A DNA stretch of 64,000 nt from Caecitellus pseudoparvulus (Eukaryota; Protista; Bigyra: Bicosoecida), in contig CBFFRQ010000069.1 of assembly GCA_965644315.1 (NCBI GenBank), positions 1,390,439 through 1,454,438 on the forward strand. The letters run 5' to 3'. The notes under the pieces were generated by a model. The model worked only from the letters and a program-made list of their open reading frames with translations, was not told where the DNA came from and did not search any database. Shown piece by piece: positions 30,086 to 41,806 of the stretch. Both the position numbers and the translations under genes were made by a program. Numbering within the stretch: position 1 is the first letter of the stretch; the number at the start of each line of letters is the position of its first letter.

Positions 30086-31865
30086 GGCGAAGACTGCTGC
30101 GCGTATCTGCGCGAGAGAGGGAATCAAAAGGCAGTTTTCTATTCCTGCGTGGAACATGGAGGCCGCTCAGCCCCTCAGAGCTGACGACAGCCACAGCGGG
30201 AAACTCGGGATGCACCACAAGTGCATCAGGTGGAGCGCCCACGCACACACCTGAAGAGGCTGCTCCCGGAAAGGCAGCAGCGTCCAGCGGTGATGTGCAG
30301 CCTAACCAAAGACTAGTACCCTGCTTGCAGTGCTGGGAACACACGCTGCTCAAGCAGAGGGGCAGGCTGTGTGGCACAGCGCACGCGCCGCAACGCGACC
30401 CGCTCCCTGCTCGGTGCGTGGTGCAGGTGCAAGGCCCTACTGGCGTAGAACGTGCAGTGAGCTCCTGTGCAAATCCACGTGTGAAATGCGCGGGACCTTG
30501 TGCGATTTTGCATCAGGGGAGCTTTTGGGACGCAGAGCAGATCTGCACTCCGTCCCTGTGGTTGCTCGCTCCACTGGCTTTGCTGCGCAACTCAGACAGG
30601 AGTGAAGAGCGAGCCAGCTGAAGCACACAGCGCCGGCCGCGCAGCACAGTGCAGGAGCTCACGAGTCTGACACATGCTGGGGATGTTCTGCGTCCGCACT
30701 CATGCTGGGCACGCTGCGCATCGGGCGCATCTGCCCGCCTCCAGCCGAAGAGGGACAACCCGTGGGAGAGTGAGAACACAGAAACTCGCTGCCAGCACCA
30801 CAAGGACAGCGCAGAGCGTGGAGGTAGGTGATCTGGTCAGGTCCACGGTGCCTGCTGGAACCCGAGCTCACCCTCGCTGCTGCGACGCTCTGTCTCGCTG
30901 GCGTGGGCTGACACGCCGCCGCTCCAAGACCTTCCACAGCAAAATCTCAACAACAACAAAACCACTGCCACAAGCACACGGCGTGGTACCCGCTTGTAAG
31001 GACTCAGACCGCGCCAGCATCGTTCCTGGGGTACTTTTTCCCCCTCGGTGTCGCGAGCTGCTTCGGCACCTCCGCGCTGCTGCAACATTTCTCCTTCCAG
31101 CATACGCACACTCTCGGCTGGAAGGCGTAGCACCCTGGTGATCGCAGGAGGCACATCCCGGATCCATTTTGGTTCACGAGGGCTGCCCATCCCCCAGCCC
31201 AGCGACCCAGTCCCAGCCGCCTTCCGCTGCAGAGAGAGAGCAGTGGGCCCGCTGCCCACTTGAGCTCGCAGTCACCATCACCAGCTGAGACAACTTGCGC
31301 GCCAGACATGCTCCAGAGCACCTGCGAGCGCAGCCAAGAAACGATGATGTTGATGTCCAGGCGTGGACTGCAAGCAGACCGCGATTCTGGGGCTTTGAGG
31401 GAGGCGCTGCAGCGGCGGCGTGGCGGCATTTGTGTGCCGCCACATCGCTGTCGGCGAGGCCTCCCGCGCCGGGGCATCTCACAGCCTTCAGGCCGCTTCC
31501 AGCAAAGAATGGCTGCGTAGTTTGTCCCAAGAAGTAAGCAGATTCGTCAGGGTAGCCGCCACGTCGTCACATTCGCTGCTTCCCTCGCGCTGGCTGCATG
31601 TCTCGAAATGGTGCGTGACGGGCACTGGCTCACGGAAGCCACTGGCGCTGGCGTGCGGTGGCGCTCAAGCTTCTGCCACCCCTTTGCTCCGCCCATGGCA
31701 AACGGGCTGCCATGCCCGATATAACGCAGCAGGTTCCATGCCCCCCCATCTGCGATTTGTGCTGTGCAGCGCGTGTTCTGCTTTCCACTGTCACCTGCGA
31801 AAGCCGGCGGAGTCTGATGGCAGTCGAAGAACCTATCACCGGGTCGACGCTCCCACACCACGCAG

Positions 31866-34800
31866 ACTCGGGCCCAAAGCCGAACAGAGTGTCCAGCGAC
31901 CTGGACAGAGCACGGAGACCGCTGCTTCAAGGCTTTTGGGGTCGTGGAAAGCTGGGATGCTGCTCAAGCACGCTGTGCAGCGGCCGCCCCGGGTGCTCGC
32001 CTTGCCACGATACCAAACGCAGCCGCCCAAACAGCCCTCCAATCCGTCGCAAACGCGCCTGCTTGGCTCGGACTCAATGACATTCGGTCAGGTACGCCCA
32101 ATGCTGCTTGCGCCTCTCCAGCAGCAGCTACTTGAAGCCACGCTCCCTGTTCACCACAGAGGACAATCCGGTATGGCTTGATGGAACCACGCCGGCGATG
32201 AACGGGTACTCAAACTTCATCTCGCGTACGCCCCCACTTGGGACAGGCACAGTGTATGGTCGGGACACTGACCTTGGCAGGGACTGCTTCAGAATGACCA
32301 CAACCGATTCCTGGATGTGGAACCCAATTCGTACGTTCGAGCAAGATGAACGCTCCACACACATTGACAAGCAGGATCCCCTTCTTCACAGAGTGCTCCT
32401 TCCCTGGTGGAAGAGCTTTGTGTGAGGTGCAGAAGGTTGTGTTCGAAATGAACACAACCGAGACCCTGCATAAACCCCTGTGGATAGCAGGAGCTGGACC
32501 TCTCACCTGGCACGCGGCTCGAGCGGCTTGCGCTGAAAAAGGAGGCACCCTCTGGACGCCATCCTCTGCCACTGAGGCAGACTGGGTGCTCTCGACTTTT
32601 GCTCTAGGAGCGGCATGGACAGGCGCATCCAGACCTCGCGGCACGCTGCATGCATGGCGCACTGACTCCGGCGTGGCTCCATTTGGAGCTGGCATGCCCT
32701 TCGAGCCGTACTCCTTTGCGTGCAAGAACTGCTTGGGTATCCATGCTCTTGACAGCAAGCTTGTGCCACGAGACTGCTCGGAGCCCTTACATGCCGTGTG
32801 TGAGGCGCTCAGCCAGGGAGCAGGGGATGTGCACCATCGGTGCTCGCCAGGGTGGGTGTGGGACCGCGAACACGGCACCTGCATCAGAATGGTGTCTTGG
32901 TCTGCGCCTTCGCTACAGAAAGCGCTTCAACTGTGCGCTGACAATGCTGCCAGTCTGGTGGGGGGCCTGGATTCAGTGTCAGACTCTGCGTGGGCGTTCC
33001 TGCACGAAGTTGGCGTGCTGCCTCGCTCAGCCATCGGTCCTTCAAGCACATCCTGGCTTGGCCTCTTGCGAGGTGAAGAGGTGGAGGGTTACGTACGGCT
33101 GCACGCTGGCACCATTTTCAACGAGTCTGCGCTGCCGCTGCATGGCCCACAAACAGCCCAGCCGTCCGCCCAAGCATACGTCGCACCAAACGGCTCAGGC
33201 TTCCGCTTTGAGTCGCCGCTTGAAGCCCCCGGCGCGGTGATCTGTCAGCGCCACATCTATGAAGGTGATGGGGGGCTAGGTGTGTGCCCAGAGGGATGGA
33301 CTCCTGTGCTAGGGGAGTGCTGGCGTGCCTCTACTCAAATTACGCTGAAGGCAGCGGAGCTTGCGGGCGCTGCCCCTGCACAGCCGGCGCCACTGCCGTT
33401 CGCCGCAAACGTAAGAGATGCAAGGCGGGCATGCCACGCCTGGGGTGGGAGCTTCCTCGTCCCACTTGTGTCATCTTTCCGCTCGTTCATGCACCACACG
33501 CTCGCCACCTCTCGCGCAAGCGATTTGCAAGGCGACCCAGCCGAAACCTCACGCTGGTGGCTGGGCGCGCACAGCAAAGCGGACCACTTCGAATGGGACG
33601 GACTGGGTGGAGTACCCGGCAATAACACCTCCCACTACGATTGCTCGAACCCAACTTGCAACCACGACAACTTCACCGCGCTGGTCGCATCTGCAACGTC
33701 TTGGCCGATGCTGCAAGCCGTGAACACAAGCGCCCGGGCATCCTTCATGTGCCTCATGCACCCCGCCGCCTGTCCATCTGGGAGAGTGTTCTATAGGGGG
33801 CACTGCTACTCGGTCTTTGCCTCACCGCAAATCCTGCCCAACGCTGCTGTCGTGTGCGCGGCCAATGGAGGCGGGCATTTGGCGACACTAACCAGCGACC
33901 ACATGCGGCGATGGTTTGCCAACGGGTACACCTCCCTTCCCGACGACGTGTGGATGGGGGTTGACCCCATGAATTCCTACGCCGCGTTTCATGTCATGCA
34001 TGGATCGTGGAACCTTGAAGGTCTGCCATTCGAAGCAGGCAACGTCGGCGGACCCATGTTGGCAAGCAACATTGGCTTCTACGCCAAGATGTCTGATGGT
34101 GCAAAAGTCTACAGTGAGGGTGCCTCGTCATCAAACCTGCCGTTTTGTCGACAAGCCATGGATTTCCCCCTGATTCCGTTTTCCATCAACGATGACCCGC
34201 TCACGGTGTGTGCTCCTGGAACCAGCATGTACATGGAGCGCCACTGCTACGCTGTGGACCTAGCCGGTCACGACGCCCTGACTCATGAGGATGCAGCCGA
34301 AGCTTGCTTGACGTACATGCCCAACGCCCAGCTTGCTTCTATTTCGTCGTACGCGGAGGCGATCCGGCTCTTTTCCATAATCCTTACAACTGCCCCCAGT
34401 GGCATTTATCATACCGGTCACACTGTGGTTGACGGTGGTTCACAGGGGCAGGCGTCTGAGTACCGCCTGGACTCTGGGGAGTTCCCGTGGCAAGTTCCGT
34501 GGGAAAACTCACAACCAACTGCAAGCGGTACTTGCTCAACGGGCCAGCTCGTCTCTTCTGAGTTTCGAGTTAAAGCAGCCTCCTGTGCGAGCACGGCCGA
34601 GCCCATGTGCGAAGCCCCTGCCTATACAGCCTGCCCTTCAGGATGGATGCAGCTCTCAAGCTTGCAGCCGCTGCAAGAGACGCCCACACTGTATTGCTAT
34701 CGGCTGATGCCCACTCAGGTGTCCATGCCGGCCGCACAAGCAGCGTGCTCCGACACAAATGAGGGGGGCGAACCTGGCGCCTTCTTATTCACACCTCGCT

Positions 34801-37800
34801 CCTCACGGCAAGTGCAGAACGTAGCTCGGTTCATCCGCTACACAACAGGGCAGGTGACTATCTCGGTGCACGTTGGTTTGGTGTACAATGCCACTACACT
34901 GGGCGAGCACTTCTATGCTCGCCTTGTCGATGGCACCCTCCTGCAGGCAGACGGCGCCACTGATGCAGAACAGTTCAGCGACTTTGCACCCGGAGAACCT
35001 TCCCATGCAGGGGGGGCGCAAGGCGACTGTGTCTACACCGATGGAGCGGAGCTGTTTGATGGACCGTGCGGCGACACGCGACTCGCAGTGTGTCAAATGC
35101 GAGTCCCTGGCATCACATCAGACGCACAGAGTCGACAGGGTCTGTCTTTGGAGCCACACGTCGATCGAGGCGCCATGCCGTATGTTCGATTCCACGGAGC
35201 TTGCCCCACGCCAAGCCCCTCTGTGTCAGCCACGGCCACACCTACGAGCTCTAGCACACCCTCCACTTCAGGCACCCCATCCTCCACCTCCAGTGTAACA
35301 AGCACGCCCTCCACTTCAGGCACCCCATCCCCCACTCAGAGTTCGACAGGCACGCCCTCCGTCTCTGGCACAGGGACCCCCTCACAGTCCACAACAGCGA
35401 CGGCGTCACCGTCTGCGACAACATCGTCCACCTCCACCCCTTCACTCACCGGTTCCCCGACCCGTTCCTCGTCTGGGACGCCCACGCCAAGCGCATCGAG
35501 CTCAAGAACGGCCACGAAGACGCCCACTTCGAGCGCCTACCACACTCCGTCCCAGACAAGCAGCCCTTCATCAAGCGGGTCTGAAACAGTCACAACTTCC
35601 TCTACAGCAGTACCTTCTTTGTCCCCATCGTCCAGTATCACTGCCAAGGCTTCATCTTCAGCCCTGCCAACGGAGTCCGCGACTGCGAGCCACACTGCCG
35701 ACGCGACACGCTCGCCAACAAGCACCTGCTCAGCTTCCAGCACACCCAGCCACAGTAGTGTTCTGCCCCCAGGCCATGTTCCCTCTGCTTCCAGCACGCC
35801 CTCGCAGACCAGCCGCCCCCTAGTCCCTGTATCTCCGACGCGCACCTCGAAGGCAACACCCAGCTCGGCGAGCACCCCAGCTGCCACGCGCCAGCCAGGC
35901 ACGACACCCACTGCCACGGCCAGCAATTCGGCACCTCCGCTCCCCTACCTCACAACAGCTTCTCTACGTCAGTGGACGCTTCACCTCCTGCCTCACGAAA
36001 CAGCTGCTTCGTATACGAGGGAGATCCTCATTCAAGCAGGGCCAAACGTCGTGTGGGGCCAGCCGCAGCCCGCCCCCTCTGCCAGTTCGTGGCTGAGTGC
36101 TGCCACGGCAGCCAGCGAGGTTGCAGGGGATGGACTTCTCACCTTGCAGGTAAACCCTCAGAGTATGCCGCCTGGTCTTCACAAAGCAAGCTTATCTGTG
36201 TCTGCACTCCGTGCACTGCAGGTCGAGCCCCCTGGCCGGCTGCGGGTTCAAGACCTACCTGCCGTGACGTTGCTTGTGCACGTACACGTTCTGGCACCAA
36301 AGCTCTCCATACAGCCAGGCTTCCTTGAGCTGTCCCTTCCTCCCGAGTCTTCAAGGAGGCTCCCTCTGAGACTGGAAAACGTGGGGACTGCGCCACTAAC
36401 CTGGGCTGCCCAGCCAGACAATACTTCATGGCTAGTCCTGGGCGGCGCGCCGTTGTCCGGAGCCTTGGCCCCCGGATCAACTACCCTGCTTTCGGTGACC
36501 ACAAACGCTAGTGCTGTCCCGACACTTGGGCGGTACTCAACCAGCCTCTCCTTCACATCAAACGACGCTGCAGGTGTGCAGTCTCTGTCAGTGACCATGC
36601 TCGTCACCATCCTCCAGATACTGCCCAGCACTGCCCACCTGCCGGTTGAAAGTTGCAGGACTACCACGAAAGATGTGCAGGTTGTGAGCCTGCTTGATAC
36701 TGCAATTGGCATCGCCAGTGAACCAAGGGATCACTGCGGCGCCTCTGGACTGTGCGTCGAGACCATTCACCTCGCAGGACCGCATCGCCTTGCTCCGCCC
36801 ACCGTGCAGCGGCTGTTGCCAGGGAAAGGAGGGAAAGCATTCTTCAAGCTTCATGGAAGGTCACTCTGTCCCGACTCACCAGCATATACAGACGCCGACA
36901 TTCAAACCACTTCCGTGCGGCTGCTTGGCTCAGCGTGGCAAGCAGGACCACTTGAAACCTTGGATGAGCGAACACTCCCAGTTCAGCTCCAGCGTAAGCC
37001 TGGGCACGTCAGCGCCGAAAGAAGCTACTTTACCGCAGTGGTGGGACACAGCACCCTGGCTCCTTGCTTTTCGTCGTCAGCGACAGCGGACAGTCTGGTT
37101 CTTGTCTCCAACGCCCCGTCGCACTGCAGCAGCATCCGCATTGAGTTGCGGGATGCAAGCGGTGGATCCCCAAAGCTCGGAACCATTCCAAAAGTTGAGT
37201 GCTCTGAAACTCACTGTGTTGTGAGTTCCTCAGTACTGTCCCACACTCCGAACGCCACTGCATTTACCTTACGACCCATGGCGGTGGGCGTATCCATGCT
37301 CAGGGTCAGCGTGGGTGGTCGGCGCGTCCACAGCGCTTCAGGAACCAGCATGCTTCGAGTGCAGGTCCTTCCCGCGGCTTGTGGCGCGGGCCAGATCACG
37401 ACCGTCGATGGCATGGACTGTGAATGTGCCCAAGGGCATGCACGCCCCCCTGCTTCTGTGCAAGGGCAGTCCCTGGTGTGCCAGTCTTGTGATGCAGGCA
37501 CCGTGCGCTTCGGGCCGGAAGCTGCCATGCCGCAGTGCACAGAGTGCCCGGTCGGCACGTTTGCCAATGCGGCACAGGACGCATGTGAAGAGTGCCCTTC
37601 CCAGGGGGCCGTCTGTATTGCCGGGAAGCTGGTGCTTCGGGCTGGCTTCTGGTGCGAGACGTGTGTCCCAGCCAGCTTCTTTCGCACAGCTGCACCTTCA
37701 TTGAATGCTGCCGCCCAAGCAAGGTATGATGCCTTCCTGCCGCTGCGCTCCGAGGTGTTTGCCAGGCGCCGCACCCAGTCAGGGAAGGGAAACTCCACGG

Positions 37801-39752
37801 AGTTCTTCGTCACGGAAGCGTCCAGAATGTTGCCTTGCTTCCCGTCCGGCGCGTGCGAGGTAAACGCAGCCTCGGGGGCTACCCAGTGCGCACGAGGGCA
37901 CCAAGGCATCATATGCGGGGAGTGTGCAACGGGGTGGGCTCGATCCTCTGCGAGGACTCTGTGCATGCAGTGTGCCACGGATGGCGGAGATCTGGCCCTT
38001 CTGCTTGTCATGTTGGGTTTCTTGTGTCTGCTTTTGACGGCGATGATCTGCAGCCGATCGGGGACGAGGGTGTCCACCCCTCCAACCGCTATCTTCCGCA
38101 TTCTGTCTTCCTGGTTCCAAGTAGCAGCCCTGCTCATTGCAGCAGGGCTCATCCCGTCGACAGGGCTGGACTCCACGGTGTCCATTCTGAGCACTGCCAC
38201 TGCCGGAATCAGTTTCTCGAGCAGCAACGCACAGTGTGCGCTGGGGCTCTCATGGTACCAACAACTGCACGCGGCAGCTGCTCTGCCACTTGTGTGCGTC
38301 GCCGCTCCACTGCTCTGTGCCGCCGCCTGCAACCTCGTGCGTGGCAGGCTGGCGGTGCACAGGCATCGTTCCGCCGCAGTCCACCCTTCTGGAGCCCCTG
38401 TATTGAGCTGTTGTGGATGGAGGCGAGCAAGCCATATTCTCCCTGCTGGTCCACACCTGGACGACGTATACCCCAGCGGGCGCTCGTCGCTGTCAGGCTC
38501 CGCACGGACCAGCTCAGGCCTAGAGAGCACCCCATCGAGATCTTGGGACAGTCCGATTGCAGCGCTTGTCATGAAGACACGGAGCAGCCCTAAGCGCCTT
38601 TTCAAGCCCCTAGCACCTCTTGATGGAGGCAGGCATTCCGGCCGTGGCGCGCTTCCCCCCCGTCACCTGCCAAAGCAACAGCTTCCACGCGACATCGTGC
38701 GGGCCCGCAGAGCCAGTGATGCCATGAAGCGAGGCAAAGGTTTCATCCCGAGCCTCCCGCGCATTGCATCGCTCGCGCTTTCGACGGGCACTGTGGACAA
38801 TGAGGAGCACTTGCGAAGCCAGCGCGAGCGGGGCACTGACACTCCTGTCAAACCCCCCTCCCCAATGAGCTACGGCATTCGGGCAGCTCTGATCCTTGTG
38901 TTTGTCGTACACTTCAGCGTTGTGCAGGTGTACTTGAACATGCTGGAGCTGCTGCCGGAGCCGGTGTACGGCTTCAACGTTTTCAGGCACAGCCCTGGAC
39001 ACGGCTCCTTTGATCGGCAGTACAGCCACGCAAGCACCGTTGCCACGCTGGCCTTGCTGGTCGTGGGGCTGGGTGCGCCACTCGGTGCTGCAGTGTACCT
39101 GGGGGCGAACCGCACTCGGCTTCACGCTCACAGCATGCAGCACAGGGCAGGGTTCCTGTTCGCAGGTTTCCGCCTGCACCGGCGCATGTGCTGTGGTGGT
39201 TTCTGGTTCTGGGAGTTGCTCGTGACGCTGCGCAAGGTCCTGGTCATGACTGTCGTTGTGACGGTGGACTCCGAGGGCACGAAAGGCATGCTCCTGGCCC
39301 TCCTTCTGGGCGTGAGCCTCATCGCACACACAGCCGCGCAGCCTTACAAGGCCCGCCTCCTGAATGCCCTGGAAGGCTGTGCCGTCGCGTGCCTGTGGCT
39401 CGGGGTGCTGTTGGGGATCGTGTCCAACGAAGCCCGTGGGCGAGACCCAGCGGCAGTGTTGGTCATTGCTGCGGTGACAGGGCTTCTCAACGTGGCCTTC
39501 CTGCTGCTTTGCTTGTGTGTGCTGCTCAGCGTCTCCTGGTCCGCGCTGCGCCGCAGCCTGCGCCTCGCTTGGAAAGCGCACACCTCCAGCCTCAGCCTGC
39601 GGGAGGCTGCAGAGCTGCCTAAGCCCTCTGGCAGCTTGGGCTTGCTGACTCTGGTGTGGGCACAGGCGAGCTGGAGGCAGAGATTGCTTCTGTTGGTGAG
39701 CGCGGTCGGCGGCGCAAGCAGAGAAGACATCCACCGTGCATTCTCCATGTAG
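31866..39752 (+). CDS. Giant receptor-like protein: 7 C-type-lectin-like domains, Ser/Thr/Pro mucin stalk, Ig-like domains, Cys-rich repeats, multi-TM C-terminus (5' end unresolved, lies upstream)
   Basis: CTLD starts CPATW...WLGLNDI (introns 32092-32159 and 32331-32391 restore frame), TWHAARAAC, CSPGW, CPEGW, CPSGR, CAPGT, CPSGW. PST-rich stalk 35205-35940. CARGHQGIICGEC; GFLFAGF...WELLVTLRK; QPY...LNALE. Confidence 0.85.
35205..35940 (+). repeat. Coding low-complexity Ser/Thr/Pro repeat (mucin-like stalk)
   Basis: TPSTSGTPS-type units; near-identical DNA copies CCCTCCACTTCAGGCACCCCATCC near 35259 and 35307. Confidence 0.8.
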
Positions 39753-40042
39753 TCCAGGGGCCATGCCTCACGCAACAAGCCCGCCCCCCCGCCTCTACAG
39801 CTTCGCCTGCATGGCGCTGCTGCTGAGAGCGGCGCCGAACGTCTCTCCCCACGCAGGGTGTTGTTGCGGACCGGCGAAGCCGGGGGCGCCTCGAATGGCA
39901 GCAAGGTACTTCTCGTACACCTGCCCAGCGAAGCCGCCCACGGCGCTGCACAGTACGAAATCGGAGTGGCCGAAGGCGTCACAGGCGGCCACGAGGTCGT
40001 GTCTGACGCAGTCGGCGAGCGATTGCTGGCTGCAGTGCAGTG
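39681..40042 (+). repeat. Direct repeat copy 1 (~360 bp): true 3' end of the lectin receptor plus orphan 3' fragment of ACOX
   Basis: Aligns by eye to 43450-43823. The ACOX-derived part 39795-40042 differs at only 2 positions that I could find. Confidence 0.93.
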
Positions 40043-40461
40043 CAGTTGGGTGTGGGCCTCGGAGCGAAGCCACACCGTTGGCTGCACCAGTCTGGACAGA
40101 GGAAAGCTGCAGAGTGGCTGCAACGTCTTGGTTCTTGCAGGAGATCTCCTTCTCGCGGCACTCAGTGCTTATGCGCTTTGGCAGCAGCACACGCAAGCTC
40201 GGGCGAACCAGCGCTGCTGCGGAATACGCCAGGCTGGCCAGCCAAGCGCTGGTGCGCGCGAACAATCAATCTGCCAGAAATATATTCCGTTTCCAGCTGC
40301 CATGCATGGTTTTCATAGCCTCATAGCCGTTTTGCACTGGCTACGTGCCTTGCTCGAGTCCTACCGGCTGGCGCGAGCTGTCCTCCAGCTGGAATGACTG
40401 CTGCGTTGCCACTTTGACTGAAGCCACCTGTTCACCGTCCCAAGCCAGCGCCACGCCAGAC

Positions 40462-41706
40462 ATGAGGGGCTCTTGCTGCTGCTGGAAGAACCTCTTACAG
40501 TTCTGTGCGCAAGTCTGTCACGATTGTTGCGGTTGCTTGGGTGAGACCGGCGCCGGGCAGGTAAGAAACGCGAAACGCGGAGGTTTCAAAGCACGGGGCA
40601 ACCCGCTGAGCAACGCCTGCACGCAATGCTACATCTTGCAGAGGAAAAATGCAGACGCACGTGCGGCTTGCTGGCAGTGGCTGAATGGCTGCTGCTTGAT
40701 TCTCACATTCGTACTGTCGGGAGCAGGTTGGCTCGGGCACGCTGCACGCTTGGCAATGACTCAAAAAGACACTACCGCGCAGTTGATCCAGATAATCTTG
40801 GATGTGCTCGCATGGCTCAAAGTCGTGTATTCTGCCCGCCCGTGCAGACGGGACGCGCTTCCACCTCAAGGAGCTGCAGGCCTGTCCGGGCAGATGGTAT
40901 ATGCAGGCGGCAAGTTGGTGTCTGCAAAAGCTGGGCTGCTCACAAAGCTACCAGCAGCCCTCGACATGGGCTGGTGCTGTGACCGGCGTCGCGACCACGT
41001 CCAAGACAACGGTACGGCTGTGCAAGATCCGTCGTCGGCACAGCCCCCCCACACTTCCTCGGCAGCGGAGGTGGAAGCAAGCGCTGCAATTGCATCGTTC
41101 GACTCGTGCTGTCCGCTAGGCTGGATGCTTCGATTCCTTTGCTGCATGCCCAATGTTGTGCCTGCTTCTGTGCCCGAAAATGCCAGCAAGCGCCAGTTCC
41201 TCCGTGCGGCGGTGACTACTCATGAGCGCCTCCGTCACCGCCTGTGCTTATCCTCGGCGCTGGTGCGGCTGTCACTCCTTAATTCCGTGTTGACCTTTGT
41301 CCTGGGTGTGTATGGTCTCACTGCCACGATCTCAGCAGCTGAATCCTCCTCTACGGCCTCCACGGTTCAAGCATGTCAGCTTGCTGTCACTGCGATTAGA
41401 CTGCTTGCTGCTTGGCTACCAGACCTCCTGCGCCCTGGTGACTTTTGCGATACGCACTGCTGCCGTCATTGCTGGACCACTTTCGGATCCGAATGCTGTG
41501 TGTCCCGCCGTGGGCAACGGCGCGTGAGCTCCGCCACTGCCGAAGCTGCTAATCAAGATGAAGCCGATCACCCCGCGCCAGGTGGAGAAGCGTCAGACCA
41601 AGCGCAGGAGGACATGCACGAACGCCCGAAGATGTATGAGAACCCTCTCCACAGCGCCGCCGCGCGTTCTGCCAGTGGCAGTGGCGAGAGGAAGGGTAGG
41701 TGTTGA
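40462..41706 (+). CDS. Hypothetical Cys-rich membrane protein, ~4 TM (2 x 2-TM unit)
   Basis: ORF 40345-41706; ATG at 40462; likely in-frame intron 40561-40641 (GTAAGA...TTGCAG). Many CC motifs and two LTFVL-containing hydrophobic hairpins. Confidence 0.6.
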   Translation: MRGSCCCWKNLLQFCAQVCHDCCGCLGETGAGQVRNAKRGGFKARGNPLSNACTQCYILQRKNADARAACWQWLNGCCLILTFVLSGAGWLGHAARLAMTQKDTTAQLIQIILDVLAWLKVVYSARPCRRDALPPQGAAGLSGQMVYAGGKLVSAKAGLLTKLPAALDMGWCCDRRRDHVQDNGTAVQDPSSAQPPHTSSAAEVEASAAIASFDSCCPLGWMLRFLCCMPNVVPASVPENASKRQFLRAAVTTHERLRHRLCLSSALVRLSLLNSVLTFVLGVYGLTATISAAESSSTASTVQACQLAVTAIRLLAAWLPDLLRPGDFCDTHCCRHCWTTFGSECCVSRRGQRRVSSATAEAANQDEADHPAPGGEASDQAQEDMHERPKMYENPLHSAAARSASGSGERKGRC

Positions 41707-41806
41707 CACCTCTCAAGCGCCCCCCTACCAGCAGATGACGACCCCCCACCGACAGCGGCCTCGCCTTCCAACCAGAGTCGTATGCATTAATGCACCCTCG
41801 CCGCCA

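Noticed and set aside
30086-31865. Additional gene or ncRNA in the spacer between the two receptors
   Set aside because: Only short, unbiased ORFs and no recognisable RNA structure; probably promoter plus unresolved 5' exons of the lectin receptor.
39795-40265. 156-aa ORF ending in PTS1 as an independent ACOX gene
   Set aside because: Only the last ~81 aa match ACOX; the rest is unrelated and lacks a clear ATG start. Treated as part of the direct repeat.
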